Of a DNA stretch of 64,000 nt, positions 17,374 to 27,264 are shown one piece after another. Made by a program: the position numbers and the translations under genes. Within the stretch, counting starts at the first letter, position 1. Each line of letters begins with the position of its first letter. The notes under the pieces are model-generated. The model was given only the letters and a program-made list of their open reading frames with translations, did no database searches and was not told the origin of the DNA. Source of the DNA: an uncultured Lachnospiraceae bacterium (GTDB taxonomy: Bacteria > Bacillota > Clostridia > Lachnospirales > Lachnospiraceae); assembly GCA_947628955.1 (NCBI GenBank), contig CANRBX010000001.1, positions 3,931 to 67,930 of the forward strand, given 5' to 3'.

Positions 17374-18258
17374 CTAAAATGTCAGATTGTCTTCGTGGAG
17401 CAGGACCCCCTGGTACAGCGGCGTCTGAAAACGCTTTTCAAAGCGTGCGCACTTGCACATGAACAGATAAAAAATATTTCTGCCGCAGCCCTGCATGGTC
17501 TCGAAATTCGCCTGTCCCTTTGAAAAGATCAGGTCCGCGGATCCGATCGCCTCCTGCGCCTCCGCAGACAGGTATTCCCAGCAGGTTCCGGCTATATCGC
17601 TTCCATTGCCGATGACCCTGGCCTCCCGGTCGAGCCCGGTCTGCCGCGCGTCTTCGACCGTGGCGTCGTTGAGCGCCTGCCCGCCTCTGGTGAGCACCGT
17701 GATCTCGCCGCGCGGGTTCAGCATGCGCATCCGGCGGATCAGCAGCTTGTCCAGCACGATCTCGCCGCAGTTGTCCGTTATGTAAACAATCCGGCCCGCA
17801 TCCGCAAGGCCGCGGCGCAGCTTCCGGTACACTGCCTCATCGACCGGCTGGCCGGACGCACTGCCGAGCAGCTCGTCCAGGTACTTCTCATCGACATTCT
17901 GCATCGCTCCGAAATCAATATAGTTTCCGACCATCGCGTACTGGATCGCCGCCTTCAGCGGATCCTCTGCACGCTCCGTCCCCTCCAGGATCTCCGCCTC
18001 GCGCGCAAGCATCACCTCATTGAAATGTATCTTGATATCGGTAAAGTCCCGCCGGCAGCCGAACATTTCTTCCTGGACTTTGCCGATCTGATACACGATC
18101 AGCGGCGCGCCCGCGCTTCTGGGCGCATCGGCGACCAGGCGCAGCACTCTCTGCATATATTCCACCTTTGTCTCCAGCGCAGCTTCCTCCGGGCAGTGGT
18201 CAAGCTGCTTTCTGACAATGCAGCTGATACACTCCGGGTGCAGTCTGATCTGTTCCAT
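17374..18258 (-). CDS. Damage-control phosphatase, ARMT1/DUF89 family
   Basis: CISC N-terminus, GNYIDFG, TDNCGEIVLD, LNDAT, SKGQANFE. Confidence 0.88.
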   Translation of the reverse strand: MEQIRLHPECISCIVRKQLDHCPEEAALETKVEYMQRVLRLVADAPRSAGAPLIVYQIGKVQEEMFGCRRDFTDIKIHFNEVMLAREAEILEGTERAEDPLKAAIQYAMVGNYIDFGAMQNVDEKYLDELLGSASGQPVDEAVYRKLRRGLADAGRIVYITDNCGEIVLDKLLIRRMRMLNPRGEITVLTRGGQALNDATVEDARQTGLDREARVIGNGSDIAGTCWEYLSAEAQEAIGSADLIFSKGQANFETMQGCGRNIFYLFMCKCARFEKRFQTPLYQGVLLHEDNLTF

Positions 18259-18293
18259 AACCCTTCACCTTCTTTATAATGCTCACACTTCGT

Positions 18294-18482
18294 CTACTGT
18301 TTCCGGGCGATCCGGTACTCATCTCTATTGCAGTAGTACGGACAGCTCCGAAATCTGTCAGACATCAGCCTCGCATAATCATCCTCATCCATATTTACAT
18401 CGCAGACATATTCCTCATAATCGTCGTCATAGACCAGATACGCGCACGTATCACAAGTTCCGCCTGTCTTCGTCACACTCAT
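18294..18482 (-). CDS. Small conserved Cys-rich hypothetical protein (DUF6472-like)
   Basis: CDTCAYLVYDDDYEEYVC...CPYY...EYRIARKQ; GGAGG before ATG 18482. Confidence 0.75.
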   Translation of the reverse strand: MSVTKTGGTCDTCAYLVYDDDYEEYVCDVNMDEDDYARLMSDRFRSCPYYCNRDEYRIARKQ

Positions 18483-18613
18483 ATCCTCCACAGCGGTCGC
18501 CTCCAAAAGCAAATCCATTTCAGAACCCTGCTGTTCCCAGCCCGATGTCATTAAATTTAACAATTCCGGACACCCTGCCCGTTTGCGGCTGTGAACTAAC
18601 TGACGTTGGTTCC

Positions 18614-18720
18614 CGGCCGCTTCACATCTTCCTCAAAGGCCCGCGAACCTCAGCCGCTTCGTTTCTCCCTCAGGGACCTGCGAACCTCGGCCGCTTCACA
18701 TCTTCCTCAGAGGCCCGCGA
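18614..18720. repeat. 37-bp tandem repeat x3 overlapping the phosphoesterase stop codon
   Basis: cggccgcttcacatcttcctca[a/g]aggcccgcgaacct units. Confidence 0.8.
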
Positions 18721-19426
18721 TCTCCATCCGGTTCAGCACGCCCTGCACGTCAATCCCGGGATGCGTAAAGTAAATCTGGCAGATCTGTTCGGTCAGCTCC
18801 CTGCTGATCCCGCGGGCACTGACGATCCGGTCCACAGATTTTCCTTTCTCCAGATCCCCGATCACCAGCACGACCATCTTCTGCAGATCCCCCGATCCAA
18901 ACTCCGGGCGCGCGCCGCCATGCCCCGCCGCACTGCCGCGCGTGCCGGCATCTGCCGGAACCTCCGGCTGCAGATCGATCCGCTTTACCGAAAGCTTTCC
19001 GGTCTCTGTATCAAATTCCAGCAAAGCCATCGTCAGCGGACGTCCAAAGCGCCAGGGTCCGCAGCTTCCCGGGTTCAGCCAGATCCTGCCGTTCTCTTCT
19101 TTTTCCTCATATTTGTGCGAGTGGCCGTAAATGATAAGGTCCGCCTCTTCCGCCCTCGCAGAAATCTGCTTTTTGTTGTGGATCATATAAACTTTTCTGC
19201 CGTACAGATCAAAAAGGACCTCCCGGGGGAGATCCTCTGCCCAGTCCCGGTCGCCGTTGCCCCTGACCGCGATCACCCTGGCGTTTTCTTGCAGTCTGTC
19301 CAGGATCTTTCGGTCCGCAATGTCGCCGCCGTGCAGGATCAGCTCCGCCGATCGAAGCTGCTCCGTCACTTCCGGCCTCAGGATCCCGTGCGTGTCTGAC
19401 AGCACGGCTGTTCTTCGCAGTGGCAT
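18707..19426 (-). CDS. Metallophosphoesterase (YfcE/MJ0936-like)
   Basis: LSDTHG, HGGDI, VRGNGD, YGHSH, LNPGS; GGAGG before ATG 19426. Confidence 0.88.
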   Translation of the reverse strand: MPLRRTAVLSDTHGILRPEVTEQLRSAELILHGGDIADRKILDRLQENARVIAVRGNGDRDWAEDLPREVLFDLYGRKVYMIHNKKQISARAEEADLIIYGHSHKYEEKEENGRIWLNPGSCGPWRFGRPLTMALLEFDTETGKLSVKRIDLQPEVPADAGTRGSAAGHGGARPEFGSGDLQKMVVLVIGDLEKGKSVDRIVSARGISRELTEQICQIYFTHPGIDVQGVLNRMEIAGL

Positions 19427-19444
19427 TTTGCTATCCTCCGTACC

Positions 19445-19668
19445 GCCCGCAGGTCTCCGCCCAGCAGGCGAGTTACATCTATATCCCCAGCCTGCAGGCA
19501 GCGCTGGATTCATCTCTCCGCCCTGCAGGCAATCGCCGTATCCATACCCGGCCCGCAGGCGGCGCTGCATTCCTTTCTCCGCCTGCTGCTTTGCTGTCCT
19601 CCGGCCCGCCCGCAAGTTTCCATCCCGCAGGCAAGTTACATCTATATCCTCCGGCCCGCAGGCGGGCG
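19445..19668. repeat. Degenerate about 30-bp intergenic tandem repeat
   Basis: gcaggc recurs at about 30-31 bp spacing; agttacatctatatcc appears twice. Confidence 0.7.
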
Positions 19669-21039
19669 TCACATTTTCTTCAGTCTCTCCACTAGCTTTT
19701 CAAAATGCATAAAGTGCGACGCTTTGACCAGGACGGTATCGCCTCTGTGCACCAGCTCCGGGAGCTTTTCCAGAAACCCTTCCAGATTATCGAAGTGCAG
19801 AACCTGCATCTTCTGGTTCACACTGCGGATCCCGTCCGCCATGCTCCGGCACAGGGGCCCGACGCAGATACAGCAGTCAATGTCCAGCCCTCCGGCATAT
19901 GTTCCGACCCCGCGGTGGATCTGCACCTCATCGGGTCCGAGCTCTCCCATATCGCCGAGGACCGCCACCTTCCTGCCCGGCGCGTCCTGCAGCACGCCGA
20001 GAGAACCCTTCATCGACATCGGGTTCGCGTTGTAGCAGTCGTCTATGATCGTCAGCAGCTCCGTACGGACCGTGTTAAAGCGGCCCGTCACCGGCCGCAG
20101 GCTCTCAATCCCCGCGCGGATCTCCTGCAGCGTCAGGCCGTAGTGCAGGCCGACCGCCGTCCCGGCAAGCGCGTTGAGCACCATGTGGATCCCCGGCATC
20201 GGGATCCGCGCCGTAAATTCTCCCTGCCCCGTATGGATCAGGCAGGAAATCCCGTTCAGCCCGTCCTTCTCGATGTGGTCCGCATAGACCGCATTTTTTT
20301 TGTCTGTCCCGAAAAATACAGGGCGGATCCCCTTTACCTCTGTCAGAGCCGCCAGCTTATCGTCGTCGCCGTTCAGGATCACACAGCCGTCCGGGCGCAG
20401 ATAATCGAAGATCTCCGATTTCGCGCGCAGCACGCCGTCGCGGTCTCCCAGAAATTCCAGATGGCACTCGCCGATATTCGTGATCACGCAGGTGTCCGGC
20501 CTCGCAATCTGTGCCAGCGCATGCATCTCCCCGAAATGATTGATCCCCATCTCAAGTACCGCGATCTCGTGCTCTTCACGCAGCCGGAAGACCGTGAGCG
20601 GAAGCCCGAGCGCGTTGTTGAAATTCCCGGCAGTCCAGAGCACATGATACTTCTGCGCCAGCACCGCCGCGATCATTTCCTTTGTGCTCGTCTTGCCGAC
20701 GCTGCCCGTGATCCCGACGACCGGGATCTGAAGCTGCCGCAGATAATATCCGGCGATCGATCCGAGCGCGCCGATGGTCGAGGCAACCTGAATATAATTG
20801 CCCGCGGCGTCCGGCAGCTCACGCTCCGAGAGCACTGCCAGAGCGCCCTTTTCAAAGACGGACGGGATGTAATCGTGGCCGTCCGCCCGCTCCCCGCGGA
20901 TCGCCGCAAACAGTCCGCCCGGCTCTGCCTGGCGGCTGTCCGTCGTGACCGCCGTGATCTCCCGGTCCAGATCCTCTTCCCTTCCGGCATAAATGCCGCC
21001 GCACACCTCTGCGATGTGCCGCAATGTCAGTCCTCTCAT
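19669..21039 (-). CDS. murF: UDP-N[32 protein letters not shown] ligase
   Basis: ITGSVGKTSTKE, NFNNALGLP, EMGINH, DDCYNANP, VKASH. Confidence 0.95.
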   Translation of the reverse strand: MRGLTLRHIAEVCGGIYAGREEDLDREITAVTTDSRQAEPGGLFAAIRGERADGHDYIPSVFEKGALAVLSERELPDAAGNYIQVASTIGALGSIAGYYLRQLQIPVVGITGSVGKTSTKEMIAAVLAQKYHVLWTAGNFNNALGLPLTVFRLREEHEIAVLEMGINHFGEMHALAQIARPDTCVITNIGECHLEFLGDRDGVLRAKSEIFDYLRPDGCVILNGDDDKLAALTEVKGIRPVFFGTDKKNAVYADHIEKDGLNGISCLIHTGQGEFTARIPMPGIHMVLNALAGTAVGLHYGLTLQEIRAGIESLRPVTGRFNTVRTELLTIIDDCYNANPMSMKGSLGVLQDAPGRKVAVLGDMGELGPDEVQIHRGVGTYAGGLDIDCCICVGPLCRSMADGIRSVNQKMQVLHFDNLEGFLEKLPELVHRGDTVLVKASHFMHFEKLVERLKKM

Positions 21040-21090
21040 GCGATGATCCCTCTCCTTCTGCCCTTCTTCACGGCCCGCATCTTTTCTTTT

Positions 21091-22125
21091 TCAGCGCCCG
21101 CGCAGCGATACCTCGATCAGGTGCTCGCACAGGTCCGCGAAATCCTTTCCAAGGGCCGCCGCCTCCTGCGGGAGCAGGCTTGTCGGCGTCATGCCCGGAA
21201 GCGTGTTCGCCTCGAGACAATACAGACTCCCGTCCTTTGCCATCATGAAATCCATCCGCGCGTAGCACTTCAGCTTCAGCGCACGGTAGGCCATCTCCGC
21301 ATAGCGCTGCATCTCTTCCGTCTTATCCGCCTCCAGCTGCGCCGGACACGTCTCGATCGTGGCGCCTGCCTGGTATTTGTTCGTGTAATCGTAGAAGCCG
21401 ACAAGCGGCGCGATCTCGATCACCGGGTACGCCTTCCCGTCGACCACGCCGACCGAAAACTCCCGGCCCTCGATATACTGCTCCACGATCACTTCCGCCT
21501 CATATCCGAACGCATGCTCAAGCGCTTCCTCATACTCTTCCTCCGTGTGGGCGATCCTCACGCCCACGCTGGAACCTCCGCAGCACGGCTTTACCACGCA
21601 GGGCAGGCCGACCCCGTTCTCGCCGGCCGGTCTGCATTTTCCGCCTCTTCTCAGCGCGATCCCGGCCGCGACCGGCACTCCGTTCTGCACAAACAGCTTT
21701 CTCGACAGTTCCTTATCCATTGCCACCGCGCTGCCGAGAGGCCCCGAGCCGGTGTAGCAGATCCCGAGCAGGTCAAAGACCGCCTGCACCTTTCCGCCCT
21801 CTCCGTCCTCGCCGTGCAGCGCCATGAAGACCACCTCGGCCGCCTCGCACATCCGCAGGACATTCGGCCCGAAAAATTCCCTGCGCGTCTGCCTCATCTG
21901 TGGGATCCGGCCGTCAAAAGAACGCATATATGCCGCGGCCGCATCCGTATCGTACTCCTCCGGGAACATCTCATCCGTCCCGCCGAGCCTCTCATCGCCG
22001 CAGTAAACATCCAGCAGAACGGCCCGGTGCCCGCGCCCGCGCAGCGCCCTGCAGACCATCGTACCGGATACGATGGAGATCTCCCGCTCTGTGCTGATTC
22101 CTCCCGCTAAAACTACTATATCCAT
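21091..22125 (-). CDS. ddl: D-alanine--D-alanine ligase
   Basis: GGISTEREIS, LHGEDGE, GSSVG, YDYTNKY, EANTLPGMT. Confidence 0.95.
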   Translation of the reverse strand: MDIVVLAGGISTEREISIVSGTMVCRALRGRGHRAVLLDVYCGDERLGGTDEMFPEEYDTDAAAAYMRSFDGRIPQMRQTRREFFGPNVLRMCEAAEVVFMALHGEDGEGGKVQAVFDLLGICYTGSGPLGSAVAMDKELSRKLFVQNGVPVAAGIALRRGGKCRPAGENGVGLPCVVKPCCGGSSVGVRIAHTEEEYEEALEHAFGYEAEVIVEQYIEGREFSVGVVDGKAYPVIEIAPLVGFYDYTNKYQAGATIETCPAQLEADKTEEMQRYAEMAYRALKLKCYARMDFMMAKDGSLYCLEANTLPGMTPTSLLPQEAAALGKDFADLCEHLIEVSLRGR

Positions 22126-22215
22126 TGCAAATTTTCCTCCAATTCTGCCCGGATCATACCGCCGCATCTGGTCAGAACCTTCCCTGATGCGGTCTGTCTT
22201 TTTTATCATATGATG

Positions 22216-24342
22216 TCACGGGCAAATGATACCTTCCCGCTCGCCGGCCGGCAGCGCCAGAAGCACCGCGGCCGAGGTCGGCTGCATGCGGATGTCGATC
22301 TCCCCGGAGTGCACCGGGTAGATCGCAGATTCCTTCGTGAAGCCGGACGCATCCGTGTAGAAGATCCGCTCCATCACCTGGTGATTGTCGATCCCGGCCT
22401 GCCAGACCGGAATGCGGAAATCCCGCGGCTCTTCATTATTATTAAACACCACAACCATCTGGCTGGTACGGCTGAACCTGCCGTACGCCAGACAGTTGTA
22501 ATTCGCAAACAGAAACTTCAGGGAGCCGTGCGCGAGCACCGGATATCTCCTGTGCAGGGCGATGATCGTCCTGTGAAATTCCAGCATCAGCAGATCCTCG
22601 CTGCTCCACGGATAAGTCCTGCGGTTGTCCGGATCCGTAAAGCCGCAGACTCCGGCCTCGTCCCCGTAGTAGACCGTCGGGGCGCCCGGCCATGTCATCT
22701 GCATCACGACTGCCTCGCGCATGATCTCGGGCCGGACACCCTCCCCGGCCGCATCGCTTCCCAGAGTTTCCACCCTTCCCACGCGGTGGTTCGTGCGCGT
22801 CAGGAAGCGCGAGTGGTCGTGATTGGACAGCTCGTTCATCGCCACCTGGAGCGACGGCGCGGTAAAGCTCGCCATGTGGTACGTGGACGCGCCGACAAAA
22901 TGCTCCGCGTTTCCCAGCAGCTCCGGCTTAAAGTCGTCGCTGTGCTTCTCCATCCCGGTGAAGAACCACGTCAGCGGCTCCATGAACGCATCGTAATTCA
23001 TGACGGTATCCCACTGATCCCCGACAAGCCAGCTGCTCGGATCCCCGTAGTGTTCCGCCAGGATCAGCGCGTCCGGGTTCGCCTCCTTGACCGCAGCGCG
23101 GAATTTTCTCCAGAACCTGTGATTGTATTCCGGGCTGAAGCCGAGATCGGCCGCCACGTCCAGCCGCCAGCCGTCCGCGTTGTAGGGCGGAGACACCCAC
23201 TTTCTGGCGATCCTCAGGATGTATTCCTCCAGCATGGACGAGGACTCATAGTTCAGCTTCGGCAGCGTGTCGTGGCCCCACCAGCCGTCGTAAAACGGAT
23301 TGTACGGCCATTCGTGCTCATTCTGGAAATGGAAGAAGGAGCGGTAAGGGCTGTCCGGCGAGACATATGCCCCCTTCTCGTAGTCCTCCTGGTTCTCATA
23401 GATCCGTTCGCGGTCCATCCATTTGTTGAAAGAACCGCAGTGGTTAAACACGCCGTCCAGGATCACCTTCATGCCTCTTCTGTGCAGCTCTTCCACCAGC
23501 TGTACAAAGAGCTCGTTGCTGGCCTCCAGATTTTCCAGGCCGGTCACACGGTTGATATAGCGCGTCGCGCTCCTGTTTCCGCGCTCCCAGTCGCGCAGCA
23601 GCTCTCCTTCGTCATTCACGATCCTGCCGAAATGCGGATCGATATAATCATAATCCTGGATATCGTACTTGTGGTTGGACGGCGAGACGAACAGCGGGTT
23701 GAAGTAGATCACCTGCACGCCCAGATCCTGGAGGTAATCGAGCTTGTCAATGACCCCCTGAAGATCGCCGCCGTAAAATTCGTGGATCCCCGGCTGCGCC
23801 GGAGGCTTGCTCCAGTCTGTCACCCGCCTGGTGCCCTCGCCGATGTAGATATACTCATTTTCCTCCACATCGTTGGACGGATCGCCGTTGCAGAAGCGGT
23901 CCGTGAAAATCTGATACATCACCGCCCCCTTGGCCCAGTCCGGGGTCGAGAATCCCGGAATGATGCAGAAGGCCTTGCTCTGCTGCAGGTCGCGGGACAC
24001 GCCGCATTTATTGTAGAAGCATCTGGCCTGCCCGTCCTGTATCTCAAAATAATAGTAAACCGGCTCGCTGCCGAGCTCGATCTGTGTGGTATAATAATCG
24101 AAGCGGTTTTCCCGCGTCTCGAGCTCCATCAGTTTTTTGGTGGCCCCGCTGATAAAATACACCGCGTCTGCATTGTCGCGCAGCGTGCGGATGCGGATCG
24201 TCACCGTATCGCCCGGCTTCGGTTCCATCGGCGACACGTAGTTCTCGGTCTCATCGCTGAACAATGCCCCCATATTAAAAACCGGGCGCATAAGCAGTAC
24301 ATACTTCACTTTCTGAATCAGACGTCTGCTTTTTTGATCCAT
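22216..24342 (-). CDS. GH13 neopullulanase/cyclomaltodextrinase-like glycosidase
   Basis: YQIFTDRF, GGDLQG, DGVFNH, DGWRLDVA, LAEHY, NHDHSR. Confidence 0.92.
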   Translation of the reverse strand: MDQKSRRLIQKVKYVLLMRPVFNMGALFSDETENYVSPMEPKPGDTVTIRIRTLRDNADAVYFISGATKKLMELETRENRFDYYTTQIELGSEPVYYYFEIQDGQARCFYNKCGVSRDLQQSKAFCIIPGFSTPDWAKGAVMYQIFTDRFCNGDPSNDVEENEYIYIGEGTRRVTDWSKPPAQPGIHEFYGGDLQGVIDKLDYLQDLGVQVIYFNPLFVSPSNHKYDIQDYDYIDPHFGRIVNDEGELLRDWERGNRSATRYINRVTGLENLEASNELFVQLVEELHRRGMKVILDGVFNHCGSFNKWMDRERIYENQEDYEKGAYVSPDSPYRSFFHFQNEHEWPYNPFYDGWWGHDTLPKLNYESSSMLEEYILRIARKWVSPPYNADGWRLDVAADLGFSPEYNHRFWRKFRAAVKEANPDALILAEHYGDPSSWLVGDQWDTVMNYDAFMEPLTWFFTGMEKHSDDFKPELLGNAEHFVGASTYHMASFTAPSLQVAMNELSNHDHSRFLTRTNHRVGRVETLGSDAAGEGVRPEIMREAVVMQMTWPGAPTVYYGDEAGVCGFTDPDNRRTYPWSSEDLLMLEFHRTIIALHRRYPVLAHGSLKFLFANYNCLAYGRFSRTSQMVVVFNNNEEPRDFRIPVWQAGIDNHQVMERIFYTDASGFTKESAIYPVHSGEIDIRMQPTSAAVLLALPAGEREGIICP

Positions 24343-24381
24343 ATGTCCTCCCGTCTTAATTTAATTTGATCATCGTATCCA

Positions 24382-24617
24382 ATGATGTTGGGGTCAAATG
24401 ATGCCATACGGATTGTTCCGTGCTACGCACTCCCACAATCCTGCCCAACATTCGGAATTCATGGGGTCTTCGCTCCGCTTCGGTCGGTGCTGAACGAGCG
24501 CCACTGGCGCTCAGCACCCCTGCCCCACTTCTTCCTCATGTTTGGGCGGGTCATTAAGTCATAAAACCACTTTTGCGCAAGCGCATCGTGGTTTATGACT
24601 TTTGACCCTGGCATCAT
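24382..24617. mobile_element. MITE-like element, 236 bp, 17-bp imperfect terminal inverted repeats, possible CCA target duplication
   Basis: Left end atgatgttggggtcaaa, right end tttgaccctggcatcat; cca on both flanks; internal hairpins; partial copies at 32422 and 59112. Confidence 0.75.
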
Positions 24618-24673
24618 CCAATATTTTATACTAAAATGCTGTTTTGCACAACCTTCGATCTGCAGAACCTCGG

Positions 24674-24703
24674 AAAAAAAGCAGCCGGACGGCTGCCTTT
24701 TTT
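24674..24703 (-). terminator. Intrinsic terminator downstream of ftsH (bidirectional shape)
   Basis: A7-gcagccggacggctgc-c-T6. Confidence 0.7.
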
Positions 24704-24856
24704 GAAAAGATATCTTATTTGTATCTCATTTGAAACCGGATACGGGAAAATTATACGGGAACATCTCCAGACGAACGCCCCTGAAGGTCCTTCCCGGAGG
24801 CGTCCTGCCCTTCTGCGGCTGTTAATGGTGTACGGAGATGTCCGCGCGCCCTGCCG

Positions 24857-26662
24857 CTACGCAAACAATGCCTCAAACTCGTCCCGGCCGATCTTCTCCT
24901 TCTCGATCAGAAGCTTCGCGCACGCGTGGAGCACATCCTCGTGCGCAGCGATCATCTCGCGCGCCTTCTCGTGCGCCTCGTCGATGATGCGCTTGACCTC
25001 CTGGTCGATCAGGGAGGCGATCTCCTCGCCGTAGGCCCTCGTGTGCGCGAGGTCGCGCCCGATGAAGACCTCCGAGTCCTCGTTGTCATAATTGATCAGG
25101 CCAAGCTTTTCCGACATACCGAACTTCGTCACCATCGCCCGCGCGATGCCGGTCGCCTGCTTGATGTCCTGCGAGGCGCCCGTCGTCACGTCGCCGATGA
25201 CCAGCTCCTCCGCGACGCGCCCGCCCAGGCTGACCACGATGTTCTGCATCATCTTGCCCTTCGTGTTGAACATCTCATCCTTCTCAGGCAGCGGCATCGT
25301 GTAGCCCGCGGCCCCGCGACCGGTCGGAATGATCGAGATCGTATGCACCGGGCCGACCTCCGGAAGCAGGTGGAACAGGATCGCATGGCCCGCCTCATGG
25401 TAGGCGGTGATCCTCTTTTCGTTCTCGGAGATCACGCGGCTCTTCTTCTCCGCGCCGATCCCGACCTTGACAAATGCACGGTTGATATCTCCCTGGCGCA
25501 GATAGGCACGCTGCTCCTTTGCGGCTATAATGGCCGCTTCATTCATCAGGTTCTCGAGATCCGCACCGGTAAAGCCTGCCGTCGTCCGCGCGATTTCACG
25601 GAGATCCACGTCATCCGCAAGCGGCTTGCCCTTGGAGTGCACCTCCAGGATCTCTTCCCTGCCCCGGACGTCCGGGCGGCCCACCGCCACCTGGCGGTCG
25701 AAGCGCCCCGGGCGCAGAATGGCCGGATCCAGTATGTCCACGCGGTTCGTCGCCGCCATGACGATGATCCCCTCGTTCACGCCAAAACCGTCCATCTCGA
25801 CCAGCAGCTGGTTGAGCGTCTGTTCCCTCTCGTCGTGGCCGCCGCCCATGCCGGTGCCCCTGCGCCGGGCGACAGCATCGATCTCATCGATGAACACGAT
25901 ACAGGGCTGGTGTTTCTTGGCTTCCTCGAAGAGATCCCTGACGCGGGACGCGCCGACGCCGACGAACATCTCCACGAAATCAGAACCGGATATGCTGAAA
26001 AACGGCACGCCGGCCTCCCCGGCGACAGCCTTCGCGAGCAGCGTTTTGCCGGTGCCCGGAGGGCCCACCAGTATGACGCCCTTCGGGATCCGCGCGCCGA
26101 CCTGCAGAAACCTGGACGGCTCCTTCAGAAAGGAGACGATCTCCTCCAGATCCTCCTTTTCCTCCTGCAGTCCGGCCACATCCTTAAACATCACGCGCTT
26201 CGCGTCCGGCGTCACCATCCGCGCGCGGCTCTTGCCGAAATTCATCATCCGCGCGTTTCCACCGCCTGCCTGGCGGTTCATCATGCTGAAAAAGAAGACC
26301 AGCAGCGCTCCCATCAGAAGCACCGGGAGGATCGAGGTCAAAAATACGCTGTCGCGCATCACATCATTTACCTCGACCGTCACGTCGCGGGTCTTCAGAT
26401 CTTCCTCGGCGGTTCTCACATCCGTGACATTGACATACTTGATCTCGCCGGTCTCGAGCACTATCCTGAGCACTCCGGTCGGCGTCTCCTTATTCGGCGT
26501 GATCTCAACCGCAGCCACCTCGCCGCGCTCCAGCGCCTCCTGCAGCTCCCGGTCATTCCATGTCTGGCTTTCTTCCAGGCGGTCCTGAAAGGTAAACACC
26601 AGGAGAACAATGACCAGGATCCCGACCAGGTAAAATATCACTCCTTTGGCATTTCTGTTCAA
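24857..26662 (-). CDS. ftsH: ATP-dependent zinc metalloprotease FtsH
   Basis: Two TM helices, [19 protein letters not shown]. Confidence 0.97.
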   Translation of the reverse strand: MNRNAKGVIFYLVGILVIVLLVFTFQDRLEESQTWNDRELQEALERGEVAAVEITPNKETPTGVLRIVLETGEIKYVNVTDVRTAEEDLKTRDVTVEVNDVMRDSVFLTSILPVLLMGALLVFFFSMMNRQAGGGNARMMNFGKSRARMVTPDAKRVMFKDVAGLQEEKEDLEEIVSFLKEPSRFLQVGARIPKGVILVGPPGTGKTLLAKAVAGEAGVPFFSISGSDFVEMFVGVGASRVRDLFEEAKKHQPCIVFIDEIDAVARRRGTGMGGGHDEREQTLNQLLVEMDGFGVNEGIIVMAATNRVDILDPAILRPGRFDRQVAVGRPDVRGREEILEVHSKGKPLADDVDLREIARTTAGFTGADLENLMNEAAIIAAKEQRAYLRQGDINRAFVKVGIGAEKKSRVISENEKRITAYHEAGHAILFHLLPEVGPVHTISIIPTGRGAAGYTMPLPEKDEMFNTKGKMMQNIVVSLGGRVAEELVIGDVTTGASQDIKQATGIARAMVTKFGMSEKLGLINYDNEDSEVFIGRDLAHTRAYGEEIASLIDQEVKRIIDEAHEKAREMIAAHEDVLHACAKLLIEKEKIGRDEFEALFA

Positions 26663-26733
26663 AAATCATTCATCTCCTTCTGTATCTGATCGCCCCTATT
26701 CCGGGCTGTCATATTCAGGCACACGGCAAATGG

Positions 26734-27264
26734 TCAGTCTTCTACAAATTCCAGTATTCCCACGAACGGGAGATTCCGGTACTTCTGCGCATAGTCCAAG
26801 CCATACCCGACCACGAACTCGTCCGGGATCTCAAATCCGGTGTAATCCACCTTCACCTGCTTCACCCTGCGCTCCGGCTTGTCCAGAAGCGTGCACAGAC
26901 GCAGGGACTTTGGATTTCTCGCGCTCAGATTCTCCATCAGATAGCTGAGTGTGCGCCCGGAATCAATGATATCCTCCACGACAAGCACATTTTTTCCCTC
27001 CAGGGGCTCGTCCAGGTCTTTGTTGATCTTGATATGCCCGGACGACTCCGTGCCGTCTCCATAGCTCGAAACAGACATAAAATCCAGCGTCACCGGAACC
27101 GTGAGCCTTTTTGCAAGTTCACAGGCGATAAAGACGCTGCCCTTCAGTATGCAGATCAGATGGACGCTCTCCCCCGCAAGATCTTCACTGATACGCGCAG
27201 CCATCTGTGCAATGCAGCTGTTGACTTCCTGTTCGGTCCGCAAAATCCGTATCTTTTCCTTCAT
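26734..27264 (-). CDS. hpt: Hypoxanthine phosphoribosyltransferase
   Basis: ILKGS, VVEDIIDSGRT, VVGYGLDY. Confidence 0.96.
   Translation of the reverse strand: MKEKIRILRTEQEVNSCIAQMAARISEDLAGESVHLICILKGSVFIACELAKRLTVPVTLDFMSVSSYGDGTESSGHIKINKDLDEPLEGKNVLVVEDIIDSGRTLSYLMENLSARNPKSLRLCTLLDKPERRVKQVKVDYTGFEIPDEFVVGYGLDYAQKYRNLPFVGILEFVED

Noticed and set aside
19445-19668. Mini-CRISPR with a short repeat
   Set aside because: The conserved core is only about 9 bp and the intervening sequences are related to each other.
24382-24564. 60-aa small protein
   Set aside because: Lies wholly inside the MITE, starts in the TIR and has no RBS.
27185-27264. tilS-hpt fusion or programmed frameshift
   Set aside because: Only an 80-bp overlap; hpt has its own GGAGG and ATG, and no slippery site is evident.
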